Assembly: GCA_010405405.1 (NCBI GenBank)
Contig: MU004232.1
Location: 763,481 to 827,480 of the forward strand
Direction of reading: 5' to 3'
Length of the DNA stretch: 64,000 nucleotides
From: Microthyrium microscopicum
Taxonomy: Eukaryota
Part shown: piece by piece, positions 13,683 to 27,150 of the stretch
Layout of the letters: each line of letters opens with the position of its first letter
How positions within the stretch are numbered: the stretch's first letter is position 1
The notes under the pieces: model-generated
The model's database searches: none
Seen by the model: the letters and a program-made list of their open reading frames with translations, nothing else
Told to the model about the DNA's origin: nothing
Made by a program: the position numbers and the translations under genes

Positions 13683-14703
13683 TCAGCGACCCTTTTTGAA
13701 ACGTTCATGCCACTTCCTATTCGAAGAGGCTGCTTTCGAGGGAGCAATGCTGAACGCAGAGCCTGATTCTCTCCACGCGATTGTGGTAGGGTCACTTTGG
13801 TTTGTGAAGGGTTTGATCAAGTCCAACGTTGCCAAAGTCTTCCACTTTTCTGGTAGAAGATCGTGCCAACTTGCCAGAAACACAGTACGGCTAAGAGACG
13901 TGCCTGGCGAGGAGCCTAGAACCACTTCTGCTAGCCATGAGGTTGTAGTTTGAGTAAGGCCCCCGTTTTGGTATATCATGCGGCACCGAATAGCTTCCAG
14001 AAACGCAGCTGGTAAACCTTCTTCTTCTGCCAATTTTTCAAAGAAGGCTGGATTGCTGGCAACCACAGCCAGATCTTGTCCTTCAGCCTCTGCTGCCATG
14101 TGTATGGCCTTCCATGCGTTCAGAATAGCGCTTGCTGTTGGCGTGTATGACCTATCTCCAACTTCGAACGCACAGAATTGACTCCATTTGTCTGTAATCT
14201 CACCATTTGAAGCGGGCAGATTGGCGAAGATAAACTCCCGGGACTGCCCTCGCGTAGTCTTGGTAGACTCGTCACCATCCCAGCGAACCAGCATTTCCTT
14301 CAAGTCTAGCCCCACATCGCTGCTATTTGCTGATAGCTCAAGTGTAGCCGGACAAGTCGCGATTGAACAAAGTCCATCTTTCAAACCGTCTTGACCGGGG
14401 ACTGGTGACTGTTGTACGATATGGAGGGAATTTGAAGTTTGTACTTGGCGGATTTGATAAGTTTTGGAGTCGGTACAAAGGACGGCGAAGGAGTTGGTTG
14501 AGGAAGATGCTTGATCGTTGTGTGTTCCCTTGGATTTAATTTGGAGACTTGGAGGGGTCAGCCATGGAGTGCAGAAGCAGGGGCGCTGCTCACGTTGGTG
14601 GATGTTCACTAGTGAGGAGAGCAAGCAGTTCGTCTGGTAATTCGAGAAGGCGAAAAGCAGCTTGCTCATGGGCCAGTGCGAAGGGGAGTTCTCGTGATTC
14701 CAT
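13683..14703 (-). CDS. DCC1: Sister chromatid cohesion protein Dcc1 (Ctf18-RFC subunit)
   Basis: Exon 1 MESRELPFALAHEQAAFRLLELPDELL, then an intron (GTGAGC..GCTGAC..AAG). Exon 2 has LQIKS..AVLCTDSKTYQIRQVQTSNSL and ends RKWHERFKKGR. Confidence 0.88.
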
Positions 14704-15531
14704 GATGGGGTATGGTGGAGGTTGAGGTGCAGAAGTTGTGGGGTTGTGCAGAAGTTGGATCCCAAAAGCTAAAAATGGAGCTTTAGACCAATGCACGCAA
14801 TGTTTTGTTTCAACGCGGCAACGCGGTTTTCGCGTCAATTTCTCAAAACAATTCAAGGCTAAACTCTAGAACCTTGCAATTTTGAGCAAGGCACGAAAAA
14901 GAGCAACACGAGATGAATGGTAATTGGCTGTAGTATAAGCCACTGAATGTGCTGTACAACTTGAACTCTCGCAATTCGCTTTCTCAAGTCAATTGCTATG
15001 ACTTGATGTTGATATATCAGGTATCACGACAAAGTTCTCGAGCGTGTCCTTGGTGTTTGTTTCTTGTTGTTTGTCGTACCTGCCTCCATTGCCTCGCTCG
15101 CTCTTGCTTGTTTGATTCGACAGCCACCCGTCCTTGCCAAATACTTGGATTCAAAGGCTGGATCCTGGAAGGTGCAGCTGTTGTACCTGCCGCTACTACC
15201 CGTTACGGAATCAATCCTTGAGTAGTCCTTGCCAAAGTCGACCTCGATACCTCGAACCTTCATTGATTCCTTCCTCCACAAGTCCAAAACACCTGGTCCT
15301 AGTCTGTTTGGAGCAGTCTCTGCACATACACAAGGCAGGCACGACTCTCCAACTCCGCACCTTCTCGTCGCCCATTCTCCCCTCTCCGCTCCATCTCCCA
15401 GTCCTGAAAACAATAACAACATCTCGACTTTCCAAGCTGTGCCTCTCACCAACGTCTTGCCTATGGACGCGACCATTATTTGCAACAATCTCCTCTTCCC
15501 CGCCTCTCCATAATCCGAACAAACCTTCAAA

Positions 15532-18500
15532 ATGGTTCTCATAAACAATCCTCCCCCAACTCTGTCTCCCGACGCCGTCTCGCTCTACTATGTCATCGAC
15601 GAACTTCTAGCCCGCTCCCCAATCCTGATCTTCTATGGCCCTACAGCTACCGCAACCGCTACTGCCAACAATTCACGTATACAAGCACATATATTCTCAC
15701 CCGCTGGCCTGGGATCGTATCCGCGTCTCACAATATCACCAAGCTCCCCTCTCTATGCCGCAGTCAATTGCCTTCCTCGCGAAGAACAAGGCGACGATAT
15801 CAGTCGAGGACTTGCTTTTTCCTTGTTCAAATACTTTGCCGAGCTACCACAACATGTCAAAGATGAATGGCAACATGATCCTAGTGCAATTGGAAAGCTT
15901 AGAGCTACACCAAACATGTTTGGCGATGCCCATGCCGCCATGCTCGCCAGTCGAATGGTCAAAGTCGAGAACGTGGGTGATGTCATTAGAGATGTCACTC
16001 AAGGATTGGCTGAACAATCGATCTCGTGGCAAGATTTGGATGTGATATTGCCTACTGGATCTATGAAAGAGTTGGATACCTCGGGTCGCGACTCCGCTGG
16101 TTCAGATCTGGGAGTGGATGCCATTGTCGACATGCGCTATGGAGAGTACGCACCATTGGTCAAGTTGTTTGGTGACTCGGCCTTCATTCCGACGTCTAGA
16201 CTCCGTCGAGCTCCTTCGAGACCAACGGGACTTAATAGATCTAGCATTTTTACGCGAAAGCAAAAAGAGAATGTTCGACGAGAAATGTGCGAACTTCTTG
16301 ACACAGAAGAAAACTATGTTAGCAAGCTTTATGACCTGCTACATAGTGTCGCCGAAGACTTTCGAGAGAAAGCCAAAGGCAAGAACCCAACAAGCTCAAG
16401 TCCAAGTGAGGAGGCTCTGAAAGGACTATTTCCACAGAGCTTGGACACAATCTTGGAAGTGAACAGCACGTTTCTTGATGCCCTGCGAAAGGTCGTTGAA
16501 GAAACCGAGAACGAAGCTATTCAGGACATTGAATCGACGAAAGACGAAGGAGTTGCGGTTTATTCGGGACCACTTTCAACTGATGTGACAGGCTCATTGG
16601 CTCTGGCGACGTGTCTACGATCCTGGTTCCCAAAATTCTCAGAGTGCTATGCTCATTACATGAAGGCTCACTCGCAATTCTCGACCTACCTGAAGATCTT
16701 CATGAAAGAGACTGGATCAAGTTTCTCGAAACGACTGGCAGAGACTGGCGAGCAACGTCTCATGTCGATGCTCATTGAGCCTGTACAGCGCCTTCCTCGC
16801 TACAATCTTTACATCGACAACATCATCAAACAGCTTCCAGCTAAGCATCCCGCCCTCAAATCCCTATTGAAAGCGCGAGACACAATTTCTGAAATCTGCT
16901 CTCAAGACTCATCAACTGTTCCCCCTTCTCGCGTAATTGAGCATCTCAAGCGCATCATTCCATCATGGCCGGCCACGCTCAAGCCCAGCAGTAGACTTAT
17001 TGCTGCGGTGGATGTTATTGAAATACCCCCGCCATATCGAATAGAAAGTGCTGGCTTGCGGGCGGTATACTGTATCATCCTCATGTTTACTGATTATCTG
17101 GTGGTTCTCAAGAAACTGTCCAAAGCCTCGATCTCCGCGCGGGGACTAGTCGCACAAATTGATGGTCAGGACGTGGCAGATTCCAGAGCAGATGAGCTCA
17201 CCTTCCGTCAAGCTCTGGAAATCAATTCATTTGATATTACTGAAGTGGATGAGCTTCGAATGATTCAGGTCTTGCCGACGCCTGCACCACCAGGACGCCC
17301 TGCATCTAGGCCATCATCGATTTCAGCTGGTACACTTGCTCAGACTTTTTACCTTGCTGGATCATACGAAGGTAGAGCAAACAAGTTCATGGAGGAACTA
17401 GTCAAAGCTCGAATCGAAGGAAGATATAGCGAAGCTGAACGAGAAAGCGCCAAATTCGAAGTCCGATCTGGAACTGGAGTTGATCTAACATTCTTTGCTG
17501 GCCTCTCTGACTCCGATTTTGACAGCGGAAAGGAAGGACGAGGTCCCCCTTCCAAGGCTCGAATTTGGATTGCTCCGCCAGGGAACCAGATTTCAACAGA
17601 AAAGTTGGCGGGCGTTGAAATATATGCTTCCGTGAACTTTACAGACAAGCCTGAGACTCCTTACAGCCTGGACTTTTATGGTCCAAACAACTATCATTGC
17701 GAAGACAACCTAAGATCTGCAGAATTTCTCCCAGTTTTAGGGAAGAGATGTAAGTACTACGCGTTTGGTAACAGGGATCAAGCTAATATCTAAACAGTTC
17801 GTGATGCGCTTCAAATGAGAAGTCAAATCAAGAATCCAGCAATCACCAAAACTCTTCTAGCACGAAATCAACACCTCTTGCAGTCTCTCAAGATTGTAAC
17901 TTCCAATCAAACAGAAGGCCCAAAGGAAAATCGATCTCGACCTCACTCTCCTGTCAAAATGCTTACTAGCCTCTTTGGTGGTGGATTGCAAAAGGAGAAC
18001 TCCTTTAGAAAAACACATTCGCAAACTTTATCACTATCGGATATTCCTCAACTTTCTCGACCCGTAACACCACGTCAAAAATCAGATGATGTGCCCATGA
18101 AGAATCCAGAGACTACGCACCAATTCACTCAGCTGGCGTCTAATGTGATTGAAAGACTGGAGGATACACTGTCCAGTTATATTCTTGCGATCCTTGCTCG
18201 AAAAGGCAATATTGTTGGAAAGTCCCTCCGCATGCGTGCCAATGCAGATGAGCTTGAGGTTAATGATCTCTATAACGCCTTGCTTAACAATTCGGCCAAC
18301 TATGAGCTCTCTGCCCAATGCTCAGTAGATGTACTCTTCTGCTCTTTCGAAAAGTTTATCAAACATGCATGGCAAGAACGAATGGGTCCAATCATTCCTG
18401 TCCAAACCTGGAATGATGTTCAAGCAAAACTACAGGGTCCTAATCCAGCGGATTTTGAAGACACATTTCGATTAAAGTTTGGCGATATGTCACCACAAAA

Positions 18501-20157
18501 CCAACGCGCTCTCAAGGCTATAATAAAACTTCTTGCGGAGTTGCTAGAGGGTGCTAGCAACGATGGTGATCGTGGTATCATGACTGCAAGTTTTGCAGAT
18601 ATTTTGGTGCCAGAAGGTAGATCTATGGAGTTGGTACATGTCCTTGATCGCTTGGTCGAAGACATAGACCACTTGCTCTCAGACGCTCAATACAGCGGAG
18701 CTGCAACTCCTATGGGAGGATCTCTAACATCAGAGAGTCGCCATCGTGCAACAAACACTGGATCGTTGACGTCGAATACCTCATCATTGCGCAAAAAGTT
18801 CGGTCTGTTAACTCGAAAGGGTAGCAAGAATCAAAATGAGAGTGAGCCCGAAACTTCCGTCTGGCGAACTCTAAGCAAAAGCAAGCATGGAACCGGAAGC
18901 GAATCCTCGAGCCTATCGAAAGGGTCCGCGAATCGAACGAAGCTTGACATGACCGGCAGTCTCAATCTGTCACCAAAACGGCCTGTCTCTAGAGATCGCC
19001 CTACAGTGCTGGGAGCCTTTGGCTTTGAAAACTCCAACTCACGACCCTTGAGTACAATTGGTGAGGGCCAAATAACGGGCCCTCCCCGAAAGAAGCGGAG
19101 AAGCTCGCTATCCGACTTGACGGCTTTGCGAGCATCTGCTAACAGTACACCAGTGTTCTCAAGTCCGCGAAGCCCACCAAAGCACAGTACTTCCATGCTG
19201 AATGTAGACTCTCCACGGACTCCTTCACCGACCAAGCAGTCATTCATCCCTCAACCAGCATCCGCCCAATCCAACTCTATCCGTGCGCCTTCGCCAAAGA
19301 AGGAAAACTCGCCTATTCGAACGCTACCTCGAGCCTTTAGTCCTCCCAAATCCCGCCCTGTCACTAGTTCCGGCGAAGACACGCCAGCTTCCACACCTCT
19401 CTCTACTCAACCACCCAATCATCGCCGCCGCAACACCAATACTGGATCCAGCATTCCGGCGCCCAAGACACTTGGTGGTTTATCTGAGCGCCCAACTTCT
19501 GGCAATGTTCGCAAACTTCCTCCCACTCCATCCGCCAGCAAGATTCCTTCGGGCGTTCCTTCTGCAACTCCAATCGAACGTCCAGCACCGCTGAATCCGG
19601 CGAATAGCAAGCTACGCATGCAAAGCCCGCAAAAACTTCGCGCTCGCCTGCAAGATGAACACAAGGCTATCAACAATGCCACTGGTTCGCTCCAAGACGA
19701 TCTTAAGCAGATCGGCGAGGAGCTCCAGCGCGCTGGGTCAACCCGCATGGCAGGTGCTCATCATACGCGAGGAAATAGTGTCTCCTCTCAGACTGATGCA
19801 AGTTCATCGGAGGCAAGAATCAAAGCCATCAGCGCCAAACACGCCATGGCGCTCAATGAGTTGAAGAAGAGAATCGATGCTCTCGGCTCTGACGTTACGA
19901 GCTCACTCGAAGTGTCAGAGAAACGGGCGGCTGCTTTGGATAAGTTGTATGCGGAAGCTGATGAAGAGAATCGATTACTGTACGCTCAGGTCAATGATTC
20001 GTTAAAGGAAGTGTTTGGACAGGTAAAAGGTGGACAGGGTGTTGCTGAATTAAAGAAGCGTGCTGAGAAGGCAGAGGATGAGGCTAGTAAGCTGAGGAAG
20101 GAGAATTGGCGGCTGAAAAGAGAGGTGGCTGGTTTGAGAGCTCAATTGAAAGATTGA
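15532..20157 (+). CDS. BUD3: Bud3-type Rho guanine-nucleotide exchange factor (DH domain, low-complexity region, C-terminal coiled coil)
   Basis: DH motifs REMCELLDTEENYVSKL and LIEPVQRLPRYNL. One intron (GTAAGT about 17750 to CAG about 17796) links the 753-aa and 780-aa ORFs. Confidence 0.8.
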
Positions 20158-20637
20158 AGCTCCTTGCAGCGCGTGATGAGTTCTCTCTGCTAGGCGGCTG
20201 TATGACTCTCCAAGCATAATTCTCATGATGGGCAGGCATAGGGTATGATTGTTTCGACTACGAGGTTTTTTTTAGCGGCATTTGTTATGGCGGTGTTGTA
20301 TAGCACTGTACTGTACTTGGGCATTGTTCGGCGAATGTATATTATTAGTGTTGTTGGAAATAACACTTCTTTGTTCGATTTGTTGCATTCCTTCGATTGA
20401 ATCTCTCCCGACACTTCGAGGGGAAACAAAGGACAAAGATGTTGACACTTATTACTGAAAGCAGCAACAAAAGGACAAAGAAACTATGTCCATCAGACTG
20501 GCACTGGGATGGGTGGGATGGGAACCTTGAGAGTGTAGGTTTTGGTATGATTGCCATTCTACTGTGTTCAATGCTCTATTGACTTGCTTGTCTACATCGA
20601 CTAACTCTGCATCCTGTAGGTGCTTTTATATGCCAAT

Positions 20638-23082
20638 ATGCCTCCGGGCTCGCCTCCTTTCCGTGTCCCCGGTCCCAGCGACAAATTTCGCAGAGATCCT
20701 TCAACAGAGACAAACTCATCACCTAGTAGGAATACAGCACCGGTGCCAAAAGGACCTATGTCTCCAAATTCCATGTCTCCGAACTCCAGCAGTTCAAAGT
20801 CCAAGCAACGGACACCCAGAATCGAAGATACCAGTACGAGGAATGCTGCACCACAACTTAAGCTGAGCATCCCTGAGAAGAAGTCTTCCATGGTAAACAG
20901 GCTGGATAGCTCACCTAGTCCAGAGCTTCCAAGGAGTAAAAAGGGAAGAGAGAGAGCAGAACGGTTGCATAGTAGCTCTTCAACCCGCAGCTCTTCGATC
21001 CGTCAAATGTCTGAATCAAAAGACAGCCCGGACTCCAAGACCCCAGCACAAGAAATACGAACCAACGCACCCTCGCCTCCAAAACATGGCAACACGAAAC
21101 CTTCAACTCCAAAATCAGTCAAACCCGCAAAGACATACCCCGAAATCGTTTACCCCAGTCCTCCCACTACCCCCGAAGACGACGAAACTCCACCTCATAC
21201 GCCAGAGACGCAATTACTTTCTCCAAGAACTGCAAGACAACAGGAACACTCTCTAGCATACCCGACATTCCTGCGTGACATGTACAAGCCACAGTCAGCA
21301 GCTAGTGTTCCCAATCTCAGCACTCCTCCACCTAGAGAGACGGCGAGTCCGGCGCTGAGTACGAGTCAATTGGATCGCGAGAATGTTATTGATATGATGC
21401 TTGATCAGGGTGATAAGAATGGGGAGGGACATGCGGACGATGGGTATTTTAGTAAGGGACAGGCATCTCTGCCCCCACAACGGCGAGAGGAACGAGAGAA
21501 GAATGAAAGTACAGGACTACATGATGAAGAAGATTCTGTTAAGCGTGTTGACTATGCGTATCTGGCTCCTCGGCAGGCTCCTCAGCCCCCAAAGAAGCGA
21601 GAGCAGAAGGACAGAATATCACGACAGGACGAAGAGTATCATCCCAAACGCGTTGACTATGCATATCCATCTCCTCAGCGGCCCCCTCAGCGGCGAGAGG
21701 AGGGAGAACAGAAAACCGGCAACTGGACTGGTGATTCTGGCCATCAACCTATGACCGCATCTCCTGAGCAAATAGCGGAGCTGACGGCGGAAGAGTTTGA
21801 GAGGCTTGTTATCGCAGAATATGAGGCTTTGGAGAAAGATATCAAACCAAAAGAATCGATATCAACTCCAGAAGGATCGCAGCAGAGGCCTCCAGGACGT
21901 ACGTCTCAAGCAGGCGTGGCTGGACTTGATTCTGAAGGTCCATCTCCGAAGCATATAGAGGATGCTCAAGCTTCCAATACGCGACTGGATCGAGCCTGGG
22001 CCAACACTAAATCATCAAGACAACGCACATCTCATCCAGTATACCAAGATCAAAACCAGCCTACACGATCCGGACCACAATACTCCCAATCTACCCTCCC
22101 TTCTATACCATCCTCATCGCAACAACAACGAACCCAAGTCCCCAACGTATCCGACGGTCCTCCTCAGCGTCGCCATCCTCCACCTCCACCGCCCCAGCGC
22201 CGCTCCTCTCGCCAAACCACCATTCCAGCCAAAACCAGGGACTCCATCCAAACAATGCTAACCCTCAACAAAATCCACTCCCAAGTCCAATCCCTCCAAG
22301 CCTCCATCAACGCCCACCTCAACCCCTCCCCCGACTCGCAACGAAACACCATCCAAAGACACCGCAACGCCCATCTCAACGCCCTCTACGAAGCCGCCGC
22401 AGAAGACACCTCCCTAATAATCTACCACAGCGCCATGAACGCCGCCCGATCCCGCGGCGACCAAGCAGCTGCAGCTGGATTCCACCGCATGTGCGATCTC
22501 AGTGTGAACATCATGCAGCGAGCGGGCTCAAAAGCTTATGAGGCTGCGAACGCTGTGTTGAAGGATAGGCCAGATGAGACGTGGGCGAAAGATGGGGAAC
22601 GGCTGAGTTGGTTCTATCTAGGCATTGCGGCGGCGTTGAGAAATCAGTATGATCTGGCACATAATTACTTGGAGAATGTGGTTAGATTGGATCCTGGGAG
22701 GTATAAAGAGGTTCAGGAGGCGAGGGATATTTTGGAGATGGGGGTGGAGAGGTATGCTTTTGAGAGGTTGAGGTTTGCGGATTTTCCGGCTCAGATTATA
22801 CAGCCTCAGGGAATGGAAAGGGGGGAGGCTGCGCAGATGGATGGTCGGCCGTATGAACAGGGCCAGCGGTATGATCAAGGTCAGCAGTATGATCAAGGTC
22901 AGCAGTATGATCAAGGTCAGCAGTATGATCAAGGTCAGCAGTATGATCAGGGCCAGTCGTACGAACAAGATCAGACGTACGATCATGAACAGACGTATGA
23001 ACAGACGGATAGGCAGAACCTCGAGGAGGAAAATGCGCAGCGTGAGCTTGATATAATAGATGAAGAGGGTGAAGAGTTTTAG
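20638..23082 (+). CDS. Hypothetical protein: long disordered Pro/Ser-rich region, helical TPR-like segment, C-terminal GQQYDQ repeats
   Basis: Uninterrupted ORF of about 814 aa from ATG 20638. FYLGIAAAL..YDLAHNYLENVVRLDP is TPR-like. Confidence 0.7.
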   Translation: MPPGSPPFRVPGPSDKFRRDPSTETNSSPSRNTAPVPKGPMSPNSMSPNSSSSKSKQRTPRIEDTSTRNAAPQLKLSIPEKKSSMVNRLDSSPSPELPRSKKGRERAERLHSSSSTRSSSIRQMSESKDSPDSKTPAQEIRTNAPSPPKHGNTKPSTPKSVKPAKTYPEIVYPSPPTTPEDDETPPHTPETQLLSPRTARQQEHSLAYPTFLRDMYKPQSAASVPNLSTPPPRETASPALSTSQLDRENVIDMMLDQGDKNGEGHADDGYFSKGQASLPPQRREEREKNESTGLHDEEDSVKRVDYAYLAPRQAPQPPKKREQKDRISRQDEEYHPKRVDYAYPSPQRPPQRREEGEQKTGNWTGDSGHQPMTASPEQIAELTAEEFERLVIAEYEALEKDIKPKESISTPEGSQQRPPGRTSQAGVAGLDSEGPSPKHIEDAQASNTRLDRAWANTKSSRQRTSHPVYQDQNQPTRSGPQYSQSTLPSIPSSSQQQRTQVPNVSDGPPQRRHPPPPPPQRRSSRQTTIPAKTRDSIQTMLTLNKIHSQVQSLQASINAHLNPSPDSQRNTIQRHRNAHLNALYEAAAEDTSLIIYHSAMNAARSRGDQAAAAGFHRMCDLSVNIMQRAGSKAYEAANAVLKDRPDETWAKDGERLSWFYLGIAAALRNQYDLAHNYLENVVRLDPGRYKEVQEARDILEMGVERYAFERLRFADFPAQIIQPQGMERGEAAQMDGRPYEQGQRYDQGQQYDQGQQYDQGQQYDQGQQYDQGQSYEQDQTYDHEQTYEQTDRQNLEEENAQRELDIIDEEGEEF
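22849..23005 (+). repeat. 18-bp coding minisatellite (ggtcagcagtatgatcaa) encoding GQQYDQ
   Basis: About four near-perfect copies plus degenerate flanking copies, read directly. Confidence 0.9.
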
Positions 23083-23199
23083 ACATATGCTTGTTATTAG
23101 TAGATGTACACAGGTATGGCAACCCTGCTTTCACATTAGCCAATGATCGTCCCGGGTTTTCAGCCTTATGTAAATGTTAGACGCGAATCTCTGCGTGAG

Positions 23200-25387
23200 C
23201 TAACGCGCTGCCAGTGATCGTAAGGTGTTGCAACAGCTGATGAAATGGCCGCTATGGATGTTCATGACAATCAAATTAGGAATTATAATTACAGCTTTGG
23301 TCGTCATTGCTTCTGGCGCTGTCTCCAAGATGGAGTGCATCAGCCCAACATTCCCAACAACTTCCCAAAATTGGGCACACCAAAGCCCGTCACGGGGTCC
23401 CAGCCTGCAGTAGCATTCCAATGTGCTCCAGGAATAACACCAGCCTATACGAAAGATTAGCCATTGTATTCACTTCATCCAGATTCAATTGCTGGAAACT
23501 TACACCAACTACGGGGGCACCTGTCTGCGTGTCGTTACCATCACAGCCATTAGCTTGCCCACTTGTAATATCAGTGAATCCCTCCGAAGCATAGAGATAA
23601 ATCAACGGATTCAAGAAACCCAGCGTGGGCTTTCCAGCGCGAAGTCTCGCATCGTTGAGGAGCGCAATGAGACTAGCAGTCATTGGTGAGGCGGCGGAAG
23701 TACCTCCACTAGGGGTAAGAACTCCGCCTTGGAAGACAGAATAGCTACAAAATCATCAGAATTAGGTTCTCAAAATGCAAGGGGTGTAGCCTTACTCTGG
23801 TGTTACGCTGTGTCCAGCTACATCGGGAAAGCCACGACCTGAGAAATTGGCGTAGTTGCCATAGTACTCTTTGGTTTCGTCGCTGACTTGATTGTCCAGA
23901 TATGAAGTGACTGCGTCTTTTTGATACCAGGCTTGTTTGAAGTAGTTGCTGAAGCCACCTGATGAACCGGACCAGGCTATTTCTGGGTCCCAGCTCACAG
24001 TGCCGCCGACTGATGTGACATATGGACATGTTGCCTGGAAGAAGTTAGCATCTGAGTATGCTCATTAGAAGGTTATGATACTTACTGGGAAGATTGGGTT
24101 GAATTGAGGCGTAACGCCATCTAATGCGAGACACGACGCGCCGACACCCTCGTCGCCAGATGAATGCAATACTGAAACGCCCCGAAGACCGAGAAGACCG
24201 ATTAGATTGCAAGTTCTTACAGCATATGACTCCGGAACCGTCTGTTCCTCGTCTCCGTATGAATTGCTGAGAACTTGCGGGAGATCATTATCGTCCTGAT
24301 ACAGATAGAATTCGTAGAACGGAACATATGGTTCGTTCTCATTAGGAGTTCCAGCTGGCTCTACCGGATCCGGAAAGTATGGCGGGCTGCCAGCTGTAAT
24401 ATACTCGGTAATGGGAAGCGGTCCTGCTAAGCCGGTAATGATTTGAACATCCAGATTTGCTTCGCCATCGTCGGCAGTATCTGGTGGTTGAGGCAAGTCT
24501 GTGGCTCCTTCATCTGGGTTGACTAGAACCACGGAGAAGTTTTGACTTGGAATTCCAAACTTCTGCTCAAATAATGCAAGGTCGGAGAAGGAGGCACTTT
24601 CGTTCAGGAATGAGCCGAATGCTATCTTGCTGCCAGAGTTGACGTCGGGGGTATATTGAACATTATACTGTTCTTTCAGGCAATTCGGGGCAAAGATTGC
24701 GTAGGTTTTGTTGTGGTAGAAAAGAGTACCATTGCAGTCAGAAGGCACTTGCCTTGGAGCCAGTAGCTGTCTTGCCAATAGTGTCTTCGCAAGAGGCTTT
24801 ACGCTCGATGCTCGAGCCACATTACGCGCTTGTGCTCGGTTTGCTCTCATTGCCTTTGATTGACCAAAATATGTCGTTGGAGCAATAAGATCAATGTGTT
24901 CAGCAAGATCATCAGGAATGGAATATTCTGTTGTCCGTACTTTCGCAACTCCAGTTGAATCACTATATGTCTTGAACGTCGTCCCAAGGAGCGCATTGGC
25001 GGTCGATACATTGGTTTGGATCCAGATACTGCTGCCTTGCGTCTTGTATGTCTTGACTCCAGAAGATTCGAGCCATGATGTGACAGCTTCGTGACTTTCG
25101 TTACTCGGACCGAAGAGTTCATTTATGGCTGCCAAATCAAGGTGTTGTCCGTATGAAGCAGACCCTGGCGTTGACACTGTTGCAAGCGTCGGTTCCAGCT
25201 GATCTAGATTTTGCAGTGATAGAGCGACTTGTAAGACTAGATTCGCCGAGTCACTTGGCGTGCCTGTGTGAGTCCAGCCGTTGGGTACGTTGGCGATCTT
25301 ATCCAAAGTCACAGCGGCGGATGCTTGAAGGACAAGAAGAGGTATCAAGCTGGCGAGCCGAAGAGTTGCCAGGGTTCCAGGAGCCAT
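23200..25387 (-). CDS. Secreted sedolisin / tripeptidyl-peptidase (family S53), multi-exon
   Basis: Signal peptide and pro-domain ([12 protein letters not shown]). Catalytic motifs [37 protein letters not shown] and a terminal WDPVTGLGVPNF. Confidence 0.92.
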
Positions 25388-27150
25388 GATGGAAGTAGTT
25401 TAAACAAGAACCAGGGGCCAGGTTAGTTTTCAGTTGATTGAAGGTCCTGCTATGTTCCTATGAGTTAAGACAAGCTTTCACGATAGAGGATTATATATCT
25501 TAGTCCTGATCACGTCTGAATCAGGTTGTAGTAAGGTATAATGACGGCAGTCATAGTTGATTGCAAGGTAGTATTGTCATGATACTAGTTCATTGACCGA
25601 AAGTTGAGAGTGGGTATGAGCGACTTCTGAGAGGCAAAGCAAGAGGAATAATAAGAAAGGCAATGGAACCTTGCAATATCCCAGATGCCGTTCCCGCAGC
25701 CAGTAAAGCGGTGGCATCTCTGGAGATCAGACCTCTTTCTGGAAGGTTGCAAGAACCTAAAAATCATCGACTATCAGAAACTGGTCTACTATTGGACAAT
25801 GCAAGTTCACAATCACTGTAGATCAGCAACCGCTTTCCAGGCGACTGGGGAGTGCGGCCGATTGGGTCCCGTTCTGGTAGGTAGATCTTAAATCATAGGT
25901 TACATTTGGTTGCGGAGAGTCCGTTTTCTTCTAGTTCTTTTACATAGATCGGGACTAAACGCAATCCATATGCATAAAACGGTAATGCGATTCACCATAA
26001 GAAAGAGAGATGGAAGATGACGACGAAAGATTTGAGTTAAGCTCGGCGGGTATTGCCACGAGAAATTGGGATTGACGAATCATGGGCATCGAATCCTTCA
26101 GCCTCATAAGCCGCTATACCCCTTTAGAACTATATCACCGACTTCCTTGCTGCGTCGCACGGCACTTGCCGTCGAACCTTACTTCAATTGTTTCCTATGT
26201 TGCTCAAGACACCACGATGTGGAAAAACGATTGATTCTTCTGTTGTATAGTGCTATAGTGCTACAAGAGCTTACTTGTCCCCCCCCCCTAAAATCGTAAA
26301 TTAGCGGATTATGCCGTAATTAGGTGGATCTTTGGGGTAGGATAAGCGTTATAGTGCAAATTTGTAGGGCGCTGCCTAGTTATAGCCTATTAGCAGCCCT
26401 TTAAAACTATCCTTCCTATATACTATATCTTGGTTGCTTTTAAAGCCATGTTAACAACGTGGATAGCAGAAGTGTAGTATTTAATTACTACTTATTCTTT
26501 ACTTTAAGATATCTTAAATAAGTAGTATTCCTACTAGTTAATAGCGTTTAAAGCTCTTTAATAGTAATTATATCTTAATGGAGATAATTAGGCTATAATC
26601 TTAAGTTAGGTTCCTAAAGATATTAAAGCTAAAGTAGGTAGAAGGGTAGTATTTTTACTAGTAGAGTTAAAGATTTAGAGTTAAAAATATTAAATAGCAT
26701 AGAAATATTAGCGTTAAGAGCTATTTTATTAGTAATTAGATCTAATAATAGTAAAGAAGCTAAAGATTTAGTACTAGTAACGCTAATAGAGTACTATTTT
26801 AAAGTTAATAAAGAAGTAAGAATAATAACTATAAGATATCCTATTAATCTAGTCTAAAATTATTAAAATATATCTATTTAATGTTATCTTACCTTTAATA
26901 ATTCCTTAATATCTTCTATATAACTTCTTATTACTATTTTAGTACTAAAACACTTCTTAATACTATAGTTTATACTTGTTAGGTCCTTAGTCCTATTTAA
27001 TTCCTAAATTGCTATATCTTAACGTATACTATAGATAAATATCACGCGCTAGTACCTAAAAAAGCTACTAGATAGTTATTTAAGATTTATATAGATATAG
27101 GTAGAATTTCTTTGCTAAAAACGCCTACGCTAGCCCTAAAGGCTTTAGCT

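Noticed and set aside
15024..15548. Overlapping 90-174-aa ORFs between DCC1 and BUD3
   Set aside because: No recognisable motifs; the region fits the BUD3 5' UTR and divergent promoter.
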